64,000 nucleotides of DNA from Tubulanus polymorphus (lineage: Eukaryota > Animalia > Nemertea). A program made the translations under genes and the position numbers. The DNA lies in the NCBI RefSeq assembly GCF_964204645.1, contig NC_134029.1:8520850-8584849 (forward strand). The letters are read 5' to 3'. The notes below the pieces were generated by a model. It was not told the DNA's origin and did no database searches. It worked only from the letters and a program-made list of their open reading frames with translations. Each line of letters begins with the position of its first letter. The first letter of the stretch is position 1. Of the stretch, positions 35,301 through 46,295 are shown one piece after another.

Positions 35301-37161
35301 AAATTCGAACAACGTTGTAAACCTTAACAATGGTTTTTCACCCCATAATAAACTTATATCAAAATTCCTCTGTAAACTGGTTAAACTCAACACTTGATTT
35401 CCCCTTTGATTATTTGTTATTTGTTCTCTCATCAATTTCGTCTCTGACTTAACTTGTATTCACCTTTGTTTTAATTTAAGTGCCCCCTAGTTTGTCTTTC
35501 TTTTTACTACTGACTTTAAGTTTCATTTATATTTATACTCACTATTGTTGTTTATAATCACCCCTTAGTTTGCTTCCCTTTAATCTATTTTAGCGTGTAA
35601 CTGTTTCTACGTTAATTTTCCTTTAGTTTGTATCATCTCTGATTACTTGAATTAGTCTCTTTGTCCCTGGATTGTATATATATCTCATAATTTCTGTAGT
35701 ATCTCATTATTCCTGAAGATGACTATTAGGATATAGTCGAAACGTTGAATAAACTACTATCTCGAAGTTTCATTTTCGGACTTTTTATTATCATTGTGGG
35801 ATTCTCTCCTCATCGCGTCAACACGGATATTGTGTTTTACCTATCGTGACGCTATTCTGCGTTCCGTCCCCTGATTCTGCTCCGCTTTTAGAAAGTAACC
35901 TCTGCTGTACCATCAAATTTGGCTGTGAAAGTTTTCATAGTCCAAAAATAGATGGGGCATTCGTAGTTAGGATAGGTTTTCATCTAACACATGAATGTAG
36001 ATAGGAAAAAGTTAAATGTTCGTCAGGGCATGTGATACCGGTAGTTATGAGGCAATTGACTTCTTCATCATATGGCCAGCTCGGTCATGGTAAGCTGTGA
36101 TACTGTGATTTTAAGCAAAAGTTTCCGTCTTCCTTTCAGGTTAGCGATATGGAGTTCTTGCAGTGTCGCGGTATGATCATTGACTATCTCGTGTTGTACT
36201 ACAGTCAGAAGAACAAAATGCCGAAAGAGAAACGCAAGTGGCTGATATCGAGGCGTACGATGAGTCAACTGCGACCGACGTTTGATTACGAAATCGAGCT
36301 TCCGACCATTCTGGAATCTGACGACGACAACGACTGCGATTTAGAGACGTAAGTTGGACTCGGTGGTTGTTTGAAAAAGAAACACCTCGCCAGGGGTACG
36401 GCTATTTGGATAATAACTGCGTAGGATTACCGCAAATGCAAGCAGAAATTTTGAAATGTTGCTATTCTAAAATATAATGTAACATATGTCTCAAACACTC
36501 CTTCAGTCAGCAAGAAAATTTATTAGGGAAAATTATGTATATTGTATTGTTAGCTCAATTCCTCTTATGATAATTGGTCAATGTCAGTTAAACACAGCTG
36601 CTTACCTGAATTAGGCTTGTGTTATTAATGTGTGGGTTTGATATATGCTTGACTCAGCTGTTGTACTTCATAAATTACCCAAATTTGAATTCTAATTGGA
36701 AATACGAATGATTTTAAATTAGCATTAATCCTTGGTATTGAAGATTTAGCGGTGGAATTTCGCTGAACATTTAACTGAGAGCCAGTATTTTGCTGAACAT
36801 TTAACTGAGAGCCAATTGCCAGATTTTTTTTTTCCAAAATAGTGAATGAGACGTGGTTTGTGAGACTAAAAATCTAGATGATAGTTGATTGTAGATGAAC
36901 TAAATTTTGATGAGTGTGTCCTATTGTTACATGGACCATCTGGATGGGATAGCTGATGGTGCAGATACCTATTGGCGTCGCTCTAGTTGACGTACAATGA
37001 TCTGAACAGCTTTTTCTTGTTCTTCTATTTGCAGAGGTATCGAGGATCGTGACGTGCATTCCTTATCATCGAAACTGGATCAAGTTCCGCATACCGGTAC
37101 TTATGGTGCTATCGTCGAATCACTGCCTTACCACAACGAAACCGTTCTGCCCGTTATATAA
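26352..37161 (+). CDS. CCNG: Cyclin G (cyclin G1/G2-like), ~389 aa, 7 coding exons
   Basis: Exons 26352-26498, 28898-29014, 30193-30330, 31085-31414, 32599-32700, 36140-36348 and 37035-37161, all in phase. Cyclin box RDKAVTNLRCLHLFYGFSPETFALSVSLLDRFLCKVKVRPKYLSCIATACYFIAVK...DLLRMEGIILDKLDWDL; cyclin-G C-terminal motifs KWLISRRT and ELPTILE. The first and last exons are less certain than the core. Confidence 0.92.
33535..33580 (-). ncRNA. Minimal type I hammerhead ribozyme (mirror copy)
   Basis: Exact reverse complement of 35707-35752. Confidence 0.8.
33890..34641 (-). pseudogene. Penelope-like RT thumb / GIY-YIG endonuclease ORF fragment (inverted copy)
   Basis: Same protein as the + copy in the ORF track; 5'-truncated at the palindrome centre. 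Confidence 0.88.
34645..35397 (+). pseudogene. Penelope-like RT thumb / GIY-YIG endonuclease ORF fragment (~250 codons, no ATG start, no internal stops)
   Basis: VYRKPTNAESYLHYFS...LFLRALRICD (PLE RT C-terminus/thumb) followed by CGIYKIPCKVCDKVYIGETGRNLNQRIKEH...ASHVFQTSHNFDF...ILESALI...LN (GIY-YIG with CCHH residues). Confidence 0.9.
35707..35752 (+). ncRNA. Minimal type I hammerhead ribozyme in the Penelope 3' repeat (pLTR)
   Basis: ttattc-CTGAAGA-t-gactat(taggat)atagtc-GAA-ACGT-t-gaataa: 6-bp stem I, 6-bp stem II, conserved core and a palindromic ACGT in place of stem III. Confidence 0.82.
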
Positions 37162-39848
37162 GCAACACGTTATAGTGAATCTTTTCACAGACGACAGACA
37201 GAGCGATGATGTATATTTCTAAAAAAAAGTCAGCGTTTTGAGAAAGTTGAAAGGGGATTTCGATAAAGATATCGATCTGCAACATTCGAAGAACGCATGC
37301 ACAAAAACAATGTTCTTATCGGTTCATCTGGTCGGTGATTCTTGTCCGTCGACTTCGAAAACGCTCAGGATAATTGTTTCAACCACTATCAAACTGTGGA
37401 GTGATATGATATGTAAAAATTGACGCACACCATTTTAACGCAGAGATGAAAACGACGTAAGATTTTTACGATTGTAAGAAAGTTGTTTGTTTTTTACGAC
37501 GGCTCGTTAGTTATTATGATATCGAATAATTCTGGTCTCGCTGACTTTATTATAAGCAATAATCTAGTGCAGCAGTCGAAAGAGATGCGCGTTGCTCTTG
37601 CTCGGTGATATCTATCCGATACTTTTACACTTTAACGAAAAAAGGAAATACAAACGTATGTGATGTTTCTGTTGCATTTATACTTTACTATTAATGAAAC
37701 TGTTGAATGTTGGTGAATGCTCCGCCGCTTTTGGTCGCTAGAGGACACATCATAACGTAACGATTTTAGATCAAAAGAAAAAGTGTTTTAACGAATTGTT
37801 GATTTGATGATATTTCGAGTGATTGTGGACTGTGTGTTTAGGGTCTATTATAGTGTATATGTTGAAATAATTCCCATTTTTCTCCACGACAAAGGAAAGA
37901 GGAATATGATCAATCCCTTAGAAGAGTTGGTTGTTCATAATGTAAGAAGTATACATGATGAATAGATAATTTTAGCGCAGTCATTTAGACTCATTCGACA
38001 AGAGGTGTATATTATGTATAAATATATTCTGTATATTATTAGATATATTATTCATAGGAAATGTCTTAACGCTTAATAATTACAAAGTGTCCGATATTTG
38101 GATAGTTTTAATTGTCAGTTATCAACTCAAACGTACGTAGTCAAAACTGTGTCATTGAATAACAACCGAAAATTCAGACTGAATTTTCGCTTGAATACTT
38201 ATATATGGCATGGATTGATATCGATAATAAGTCGTTTTAGTCTTGTTGCAAAAGGATGATACGTTAAATTCATGTATAGTAGGCGTCGGGCTCGTCTCGA
38301 AGCCCGTTGTAAATAGTAGAACATAATTTATAACATATATGTATATGATAGAAAAAAAAGAACAAAAACAAATGTGCAATGTTAACCCTACTTCGATAGT
38401 GGGTTTGTTATACGAAAAAAATTTTATTCTATAGCTTTTAAAAAAAGAGATAATGTAAATAGTATTTCAACGCTGTATCATTATTGCCATAAATTATTAA
38501 GATTTTTTTTTCTCGTCTCTTAATTTCGTGTCATCGTCCGTCATTTTCATCCCACCAAAAAAAAAACTGTTCAGAAATGTCATTAGCTCAGTCAAATTGT
38601 ATTGTATCTGTTAGCGCGTGCGTGCATGCGTGTGTGTGTGTGTGTGAATATTTTCGTCCAGGACTTGATATACGGTAAGTATATGAATTCGACGGGCAGG
38701 TTACCATTATGTCGAACCATCGTAGGGGTGCGGGAGGGATCATCCGTTCTTTGCGGATTTGAACGCGGCGTTAGATTTTACGGCTGTTGATTGTAAGAGA
38801 TTTTATCATTATAATGAGATCATTCCATCTACTCTCGGTATCAGTCGGGGAGACGGAGGAAGAAGCTCCATGACGTACGTTAAAGCCTTACGAAGAAAAT
38901 TGTAGATAACTTTTTTGTAGGCTCATACGTAACATCGGTTTTAGATTCTTTAGTGTTGAATTACGTTCGTAAAAAAAGCCTCTTCAATCCAGATCTTGCG
39001 GGACCAACGAAATACAGTTGACCTTGCCTAAGTCGAAGTTTGGGGCATTACGCTGTTGACTTATTAGATTTAGGGTATTTGAATCGATTGGAAATATGAA
39101 TTTGGATGAAAAGAAATGGAATATTTAAGTTATGATACTACTTATCAAATGGTGACTTGAGCTAGGTTGACTGTATGTATGTATGATTTATGAGATAATT
39201 CCGATATATGAATGATTTCTCAGTATGTTCTTTGCGGGGCATTCATAACACATATTTTCCATGATTGAGATAGCGTTGGTTTGCAACGTGAGAGTTTCTG
39301 CTGATTTATCAATTTATGTAAACCTTGGGCGAATTGGAGTTAAACATGCAATGTATTATTATATTATAATGTTTCACGTTCGAACTTATTAATATCTCCT
39401 ACTGATGCACACATGGGGCCAATGAATTAAATAATTTACGGGGTAGACAGCTGGTATGAGTACAACGAATCTTATAAACCTTATAACCTTTTTTTTTCAT
39501 TTGTGAATATCAAGCCAGCATTCGTGGAAAATGGTCTATTTATGATAGTCAACTTTACCCTTTATATCAGAAATTTTCTGGACATACACGGTTGATAAGT
39601 CATGTTTATGATGTATAAAATGTCCCTGTTCAGAAAAATGAAATATGGAAGCGATTAAAAAGGCAGCAGCTGATTGTGAACATGGCAAGTGTGAATGTGG
39701 TGCATCCTAATAATAGGTTTGTTTGTTTATTCTTCTTGTTTGTGATGTACGTGTATTTAATGATTCCTCATCAATTAGAACTCATTTCATCATTTCATGT
39801 CGAGTCATGCAACATTTGCCCTCTCATCTTTATATGTTTTTTATGGAA

Positions 39849-39870
39849 AATAAATAAAAAAAGAATAAAA
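39849..39870 (+). terminator. Candidate polyadenylation signals of cyclin G (implies ~2.7-kb 3' UTR)
   Basis: Cluster of three AATAAA followed by T/GT-rich sequence; no repeats or exons recognised between the stop codon and this site. Confidence 0.45.
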
Positions 39871-41543
39871 TTCTTATAACTTTTTGAACAAAAAAAGATG
39901 CCTGTTTCGTTTTGTTTTTCAGCAGAGGTGGCATGAAGGTTTTCTGAATTATTTGTTCATTTCCTTTGTCAGGGCAGGCTGAAGAATAGGGTTTATCCCC
40001 CTGTATGGACTGATGACAGAAAATGCTATTTTGCTAGTCTATTTATCAATGGATGAGACCCGTTTTTCTGGGATATTTTATTTTGGGTACCTCCGGTATC
40101 CTCGTTTTGCTCTTAACATGACGAAAAAAATGTGGACAACAACTGAATATCTGATATCATTCCAATTCTGTACCAATTTAAGAAGGATTGCCAAAAAGTC
40201 TCCTATAATAATCAAGTTGAATAAAAGTGAAAGCCTCCTTGTGGGGTCACGACAACAAAATCAGGGTGGTATAGACATGGTTACGTCCATAATTCAATTT
40301 GAACAGGACAGTGTTAAAATTGAATTCACTAAATGGAGGCCTTTCTTTTGTCATATGTATTATAAATTTTGTCTTTTCATGTTATAGACAAAACCAAAAT
40401 TCGATTATATTTTGTTGATCCATATGTGACGGATTTTAGCCTACACAGGCAATAAAGGGAAATTTTGGAAGATTCAGACATGTTGAACCCAAGTTTGACA
40501 GATGGTTTAACTGGCTAGAGTTGCGTCTATTTGAGATAAACCAAATCTTTTACAGTGTGGAGCCGAGTTGTCATATCAATGGCCTTGCACAGCTGAAGCA
40601 CCTGGCTTCATAATTACGCTGCTTATGGACAACCAGCTGAAGGACTCAACATGCAGACAAAACCAGAGAAGTGCTCCGGGGATAATCATCAAATACATTG
40701 TGTACAGGAATCTGGAAGGGTGTAGGTGGCGCGTGCCAATTTGAAGTGAATGCGAAGGAATTTGAAAACCCGAATTTAGAGCAGATGTGCCTTTTGTATT
40801 TTTTACACGTGCCTTGGAACGCTTCCTTCGTTAATGCATGAGCTCTAAAACGATAAAACGAATTCGTTTGAGTCCTTTGTCAAAGGGTACACTACGCATT
40901 ATCGTCATAGTATCATCAGACAATGATGCAGGTGATTTACATAGACCCTACTGATTGTATGAAGATCGGGTCTAGAAATTCGCGCATATCGCTTAAATGA
41001 CCAAATATAGTCGAAGCAAAGTTGAAATTCATCCAAAGCTTTTAATGTTCGGTTTACGCTGTAAACTCGTTTTCAAGGAACGACGCTCATTGTCTTACAC
41101 TACTTAATTATTTCTGACAAAAATTTCTATTTGTGGGCAAAAATTCATGAATTTTTATAAGCGGGTAATTGAGATGATGATTTCAAATCACTAAGCTAAG
41201 CATGCATTTTGACTCAACATTTTGCATCACTTGACACAAAAATTATTCACAAATTTGCAGATTAACTGAAATACGAACAATATGGTAGACTAGTCCGAAA
41301 ACGACATGGGCGACGGGGTCGTTGATAAAGTTTCAAATTATGAAGAGATTCCCATTCTCTTGACAAAAATGGGAAATCAAGTTTGGACACTCGGGAGGAT
41401 TGTGGTCCACACCCACTTGAACTTAAAAGTGCATCATCTCTCCCGGGAGTGTTTTTCGCAGCAAAGGGAGACCGGGGGACACTGACCAACCCTCAGAAAA
41501 GCTGTGTCAATTTTTGTCGAACGTGAAAATCTAGCAAAAGATC

Positions 41544-41615
41544 TTCCCGCACCGGGAATCGAACCCGGGCCTCCTGGGTGAGAGCCAGGTATCCTAACCA
41601 CTAGACCATGCGGGA
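41544..41615 (-). tRNA. tRNA-Glu (anticodon CTC)
   Basis: Minus strand tcccgcatggtctagtggttaggatacctggctCTCacccaggaggcccgggttcgattcccggtgcgggaa, 72 nt. Full cloverleaf with A/B boxes and T-runs downstream. Confidence 0.97.
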
Positions 41616-41842
41616 TATTGCGCTCGCCATTGGATCAAATTACTTTATAAATATCAAATCATGTTTTCTGAGAAATTGATGTCTATATTCAAAAAGATCA
41701 TCACTCCCGTGCGATAGCAAGTTACTCGAACAGTGTTGTTTGCTTGCTATCTTAACTTTAAAGCTACTCATTTAGGTTATAACTTTGATGAATCGTCACT
41801 AGTTCGGTTCGCGAAATTCCAAGGTCGCGTGGATCAAACAAA

Positions 41843-44403
41843 ATGGAGTCGAAGGCCATATTTTTCGTTTTTTTCTGCTTCGTTTCTGCCCCGTATATAC
41901 CATCATTTGGCGAAGAAGTAACCGGTGCTCAGAAGTTTAAAATTGAGGGTAAAGTCAGCTTAAATCATGCCAGCGATCAGAATTGGATCTCGTTCACCCG
42001 GATCCTCGTAAATGGTGGCGAATACATCGGGTTTTTAAGGTGCGTTCTTGACGTGTCGTCAAATCGTATGGTTGTGTGGTAGTTAGTTACCTAATCGTTG
42101 GTGGTAAGCTTTTATAATCGGATGGGCTTATACCAACGTTAGGGATGACAAGGGCCAAAACACGGTTGAAAAAAGTAACACTTCAAAAATATACTTTCTA
42201 TCCACTTCAGTCCACAATTAATGGCTTATTTCACAAACTTACACAGGTACCTTTCGAAATAATCCAATTTTATGCATGTTTCGAGTGATTAATCAACATT
42301 ATTTTGAGAAATTAATTAATTTCTCCACAAATTTCGCCATTGGCCGCCATTTCTCTGTATTGCACATGTGGCATGATAAGACAAGGGGACCTACAAGGAT
42401 TTATATAAAACTTCCAAGACGAAACGACAATTTTTATTTTTGATGGTTTTCCAACCTATATTTCAAATCTTCGTGTTTTCCTTAATTAATATTTAAATAA
42501 TAAATTCTGGTAAAAGAAAAATGTGAATAAGTGTTGATTTCTTAATATTTTTCAATTTCGTCGTTTCGCTTTGTTAGTTTGTGCTGTTGTCCTGGCCTCA
42601 GTCCACAGGTGCCAGCACCTCCAGTAATTTTCAAAATGGCAGCTGTTGACTCTACGGAAATTTACTCTCACTTTACGGCCGATTTGCACATGGATTAAGA
42701 TCGTCAGGTGAGGTGTTATAGGTATCAGACAAACTACGAATCTGTTGTGCGTCGATTACAACAAAAATTAGACGGATATCTTAAGAGACAATGAAATGCC
42801 AGGCAAATTACTCGTCAGTCAAATTGGCTGACGAAGATTTCATACAAAAATGACCTTCCCATTCCTGACTGTGGTTTGTGAAAATATCCGATCGTGAAAC
42901 TAAACCACAGACAGGTTACTGACTAGTTGTGTGGTTGATCGATGTCGCATTGAATGCTGATGTTCTTCTCGTTCGATTTCTTACTTTTCCATAGGAAAGA
43001 CCTTGAGGACCGTTTTTAATGCTAGTAGTCGGCTGCTTAAAGTAACTTTTAATCAGGAATTAACAACGGTGTTCATCTGCCTTTTCAATTATACTCGTGA
43101 ACCTATATTATTATCAATCCGATACAATTCCAGACAAAAACTCTGCAATAATGATATTCACTAGGCCTATAGAATAATCCATCGAGATTGCACCTGCTGG
43201 ATTGTTATAAATCATCTCCCCAAAAGTCGGTGTCTGAAATTAAGAATTGAAAATTTTACAACATTAAATGAACCAACATGTTTTCTTGATCTCTTTATTT
43301 CTAGAATAGTAATATTTACCAGTATACGGGATACATTAAAATGTGCATGGCTGCAGAAAACCTTTTATCGCTGCTTTGCTGCTATATTTTCTTCATATTA
43401 TATTATTTCCCTCAATTTCAGGAGTGATGGTCATTTCGTAGTGAACAATTTGCCGTCTGGTTCATATCTTGTTGAAGTGGCCAATCCGACGTACTTATTC
43501 GAAGCCAGCCGAGTCGACATAACTTCGAAGGGAAAGATTCGTTCTCGTAAAGTGAACAACATTCAAACATCATCCGTACAAACAATGGCTTATCCGTTAC
43601 GATTTAAACCGAGAGGGAAAGCGAATTATTTTCAAATTCGAGAACAATGGAGGATCACAGATTTACTTTTCAACCCAATGGTAAGCTGTTTTCACCAGCT
43701 ACTGTATTTCCATTTTTGGGTACTAATATGATGGTCTGTACGACTCCTTGATTCCTTAAACAAAAACCCTTCAAAACAGAAAACACTTTTAGGGGCGCTT
43801 GAAACTCACTCCTTATTTGAGCAAAATGCCCAAAACCCCTTCAATTTCATAGGCAAAAAGACAGTTTTTGAAGCCTGGTTTGTGTTTTAGCTTGGCTGGA
43901 TCAATCATGCATCTTAATGAATGAATTGGGGGTTCTTTCACGCATCCCTGCTGTGGCAGGAATTTCTTGGTGGAGGTGTGCCGAGTGGTGCTTACAAACG
44001 TTCAGCTCTTCTGCTCTTCTTTTCAGGTGTTAATGATGGTTTTACCTCTACTGTTGATTATGGTTGTACCAAAACTAGTCAATACCAATGATCCGGAAAC
44101 GCAGCGAGTGAGTACTTTAACTGGGGCCAGTGGTTCAGAAGTTGGTTAAACATTTTAAACCAGTAGATAACCGACATTGTGGTGTTTAAAACTGCATTGT
44201 TACCATGGTATTCATCAGATACATGAAGGGCACATAGTCTAATTCTTTTTATTTTTTCTTTTCAGGAGATGGCAAACCAAATGAATATTCTCAATACAAA
44301 GCAGCAGTTGCCAGACATGTCAGAAATGGTCACGTCACTTTTTGGCGGTGGCAAGAAACCTGCGAAGAGTAAAACTAGCAAAGTAAACAAAAGTATCAGA
44401 TGA
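41843..44403 (+). CDS. EMC7: ER membrane protein complex subunit 7, 4 coding exons
   Basis: Exons 41843-42039, 43422-43680, 44027-44107 and 44266-44403. Signal peptide, then FKIEGKV...[60 protein letters not shown]...YPLRFK...[47 protein letters not shown]...LPDMSEMVTSLFGG. Confidence 0.95.
42080..42925 (-). mobile_element. 846-bp non-autonomous DNA transposon, copy 2, in EMC7 intron 1
   Basis: Near-identical reverse complement of 10332-11177, with a perfect flanking direct repeat gttgtgtgg. Confidence 0.9.
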
Positions 44404-45570
44404 TGCTGAGGTTTTTTGCTTTTTTGAGAGAGAGAGAGAGTGAACTGAAGAGCTATAATTTATATGTTGACTGTTTATTTCAAGTTCCATCATTATTAAT
44501 CCTTTTTTGTAAGGCAATGCTTACAATGACTTTTCCACTGGCTGATTTGGCCCACAAAAATTGTAACTGTCTATTGTTTGTTGTACGTATAATGAGCTAG
44601 GTAAAATCATATTAGATAATTAATATTCCATACAGCCTAGAGATAAACACACTACCACGGTAGTATATTTGATTTAGCAAGGGCAAGTAAGTGACCAATG
44701 ACGATGCTGATGTAATTTGGGATCGACTTATCATCACATTGGTTACTAACTAACCGTGTTTCCTATATTGTTATCCCACTTGGGGCGTAGCTACAGGGCT
44801 ATTGCATTCACTTTTCGTCCATTCATCCATCCGTTGATGAATCCACATTCGGTGACATATTTCATCGAAATTTGTGATTGATACACTTTGAAAAAGCATC
44901 TTTAACATGTCTGATTGGTATTTTGATCATTCAATTTGTATGAAATCAGTGGCTGTCTTAGTCTCATCGGTCCAGTCAATTGTAGATGGAAAAAAGTTTT
45001 TGGGATAAAATATCAACAGGTTTAAATTTACAGTCTTGATATTTGAGAATTGTTGGCATTGTCAAAGGATAGTACATCTCAAGTTGGAATTATAAGTTGC
45101 ACCAGTGGGAGTAATGTTCACTTTCTCTATTTATATTGGTAGGCTATCCTATGCATAACCACAATCAATTTAAAAATTGTAGCTTATCATTGTGGTGAGT
45201 TGGTCATAGGGGTTGTCACCAGGTGGTGCATTGAAAAGTGGTATTAGTATAGGGTACTTCCACTATATATTTGTACCTAGATGCATATTTTGTAAACACT
45301 GTCAATTGTTGCAAGGTCAACGATTAGTCACTTGGGACATTGCATAATAAAATTGTCAGATTGTCCAGCTTTCACCGAGTGGGCATGTTGTCGCTGGACA
45401 CTAGTTTTCTTTTTTCAAAGTGTAATTCAAAAAAGTATATCATGCATTTGTATTCGAGGAAAAAAGAATAAACAATTTTGCACCAAAACATTTCCATGAA
45501 TTTCTTTGTAATTTATCTGGTTTTGGGTTCAATGGCATCGACAGTTCAACGTAACTCTGTGGCAAGCACA

Positions 45571-45908
45571 TCCTCGCTTGCCAGGGGTCCGGTATCACTC
45601 CCGAACTCGCTACCACCAGCCCCCTGGCCTCACGACGCGCGATTTCATTACCGGCGCTGTTGCGCGTGACGTCATATATCGATTTACGAAATACTTCCTT
45701 GTTCAGTAAAACGTTCGCTGCTTGGTCAATTTAACGGGAAAACCAACAGAAGTCTACTGACGGTTTGTTACGAGCGCTGTGATTGGTACGACCGGATTCT
45801 GGTCGGCTAGTAACGACTCCAACGACTCGTGAGGTCAAGGGGTTCGGGGAACAGCTTTAGCGTAGTGGGTTCGAATCCCTTGACGGGTTAAGATGTGGCA
45901 AGCAAGGA
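45571..45908. mobile_element. Imperfect inverted-repeat element with CATCCTC-type terminus
   Basis: catcctcgcttgcca...ccccctggcctcacga versus tcgtgaggtcaagggg...tggcaagcaaggat. B-box-like ggttcgaatccc in the right arm; tgtggcaagca repeated in the flanks. Confidence 0.5.
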
Positions 45909-46199
45909 TTAAATATTGGCTCAACAAACTGTGGCAAGCAAGGATGAAACGATTCGGAACCAGTCTATATCGCGTTTGGCTTGCCACAAAATTCTATTTA
46001 CTAAACCACATCAACGAAACGTCGCATAGATTTACTTTCAATTTACACAAATTATCTATCTATTAAAAATACAAATCATCTAGATTAATTGTAATTCGTA
46101 TCTTTTGAAATAATATTTATGAAGTCTGATGATTGTACATAAATATTTTATAGTTATCTTTTATTTATTTCGGTTACACGTTTTGACGTTAGATATCAC

Positions 46200-46295
46200 G
46201 TTAAATTTGATTGGTCTACGCGTTCAACCACGCCCCCGTTAACTTTGTTTCCGGGTTCATACTCAGACGCTAGAGGCTTCTAGGCTTGAAAGAAG
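46200..46295 (+). promoter_or_regulatory. Probable promoter and non-coding exon 1 of the beta-thymosin gene
   Basis: ATTGG (CCAAT box), cacgcccc GC box, ttccggg, then a strong donor aag|gtaaga at 46295/46296. The next exon has an acceptor at 50451 with a short UTR before the ATG. Confidence 0.5.

Larger units (their letters stand above)
33471..35848. mobile_element. 5'-truncated Penelope-like retroelement, inverted duplication (arms 33471-34641 and 34646-35816, plus 32-bp tail)
   Basis: The two arms are reverse complements with a 4-nt spacer (tagg). Each encodes RT thumb + GIY-YIG and carries a hammerhead motif. TSD acgctattctgcg at 33461-33473 and 35849-35861. Confidence 0.93.
33019..35900. 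mobile_element. MITE with long TIRs and 9-bp TSD (Mutator-like), host of the Penelope insertion
   Basis: TIRs ggtaactttctaaaagcggagcaga / tctgctccgcttttagaaagtaacc. Direct repeat tctgctgta at 33010-33018 and 35901-35909. The right TIR is split by the Penelope insert. Confidence 0.82.

Noticed and set aside
34747-35397. Domesticated stand-alone GIY-YIG nuclease gene
   Set aside because: The track start is a TTG inside a longer truncated RT-EN frame; no ATG, promoter or splice acceptor links it to a host transcript.
33852-35435. 63-aa and 72-aa ORFs appearing twice
   Set aside because: Antisense shadows of the Penelope ORF, duplicated by the palindrome.
33471-35816. Palindrome as a pure assembly or read fold-back artefact
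   Set aside because: Unique flanks continue the host MITE and gene on both sides, a 13-bp TSD and asymmetric tail are present, and the arms differ at one or more bases. Read-level confirmation is still needed.
40013-40387. 124-aa ORF
   Set aside because: No recognisable motif or exon structure; composition typical of a random AT-rich frame.
45860-45890. tRNA gene suggested by gggttcgaatccc
   Set aside because: No acceptor stem, D-arm or anticodon arm can be built; treated as a B-box within a repeat.
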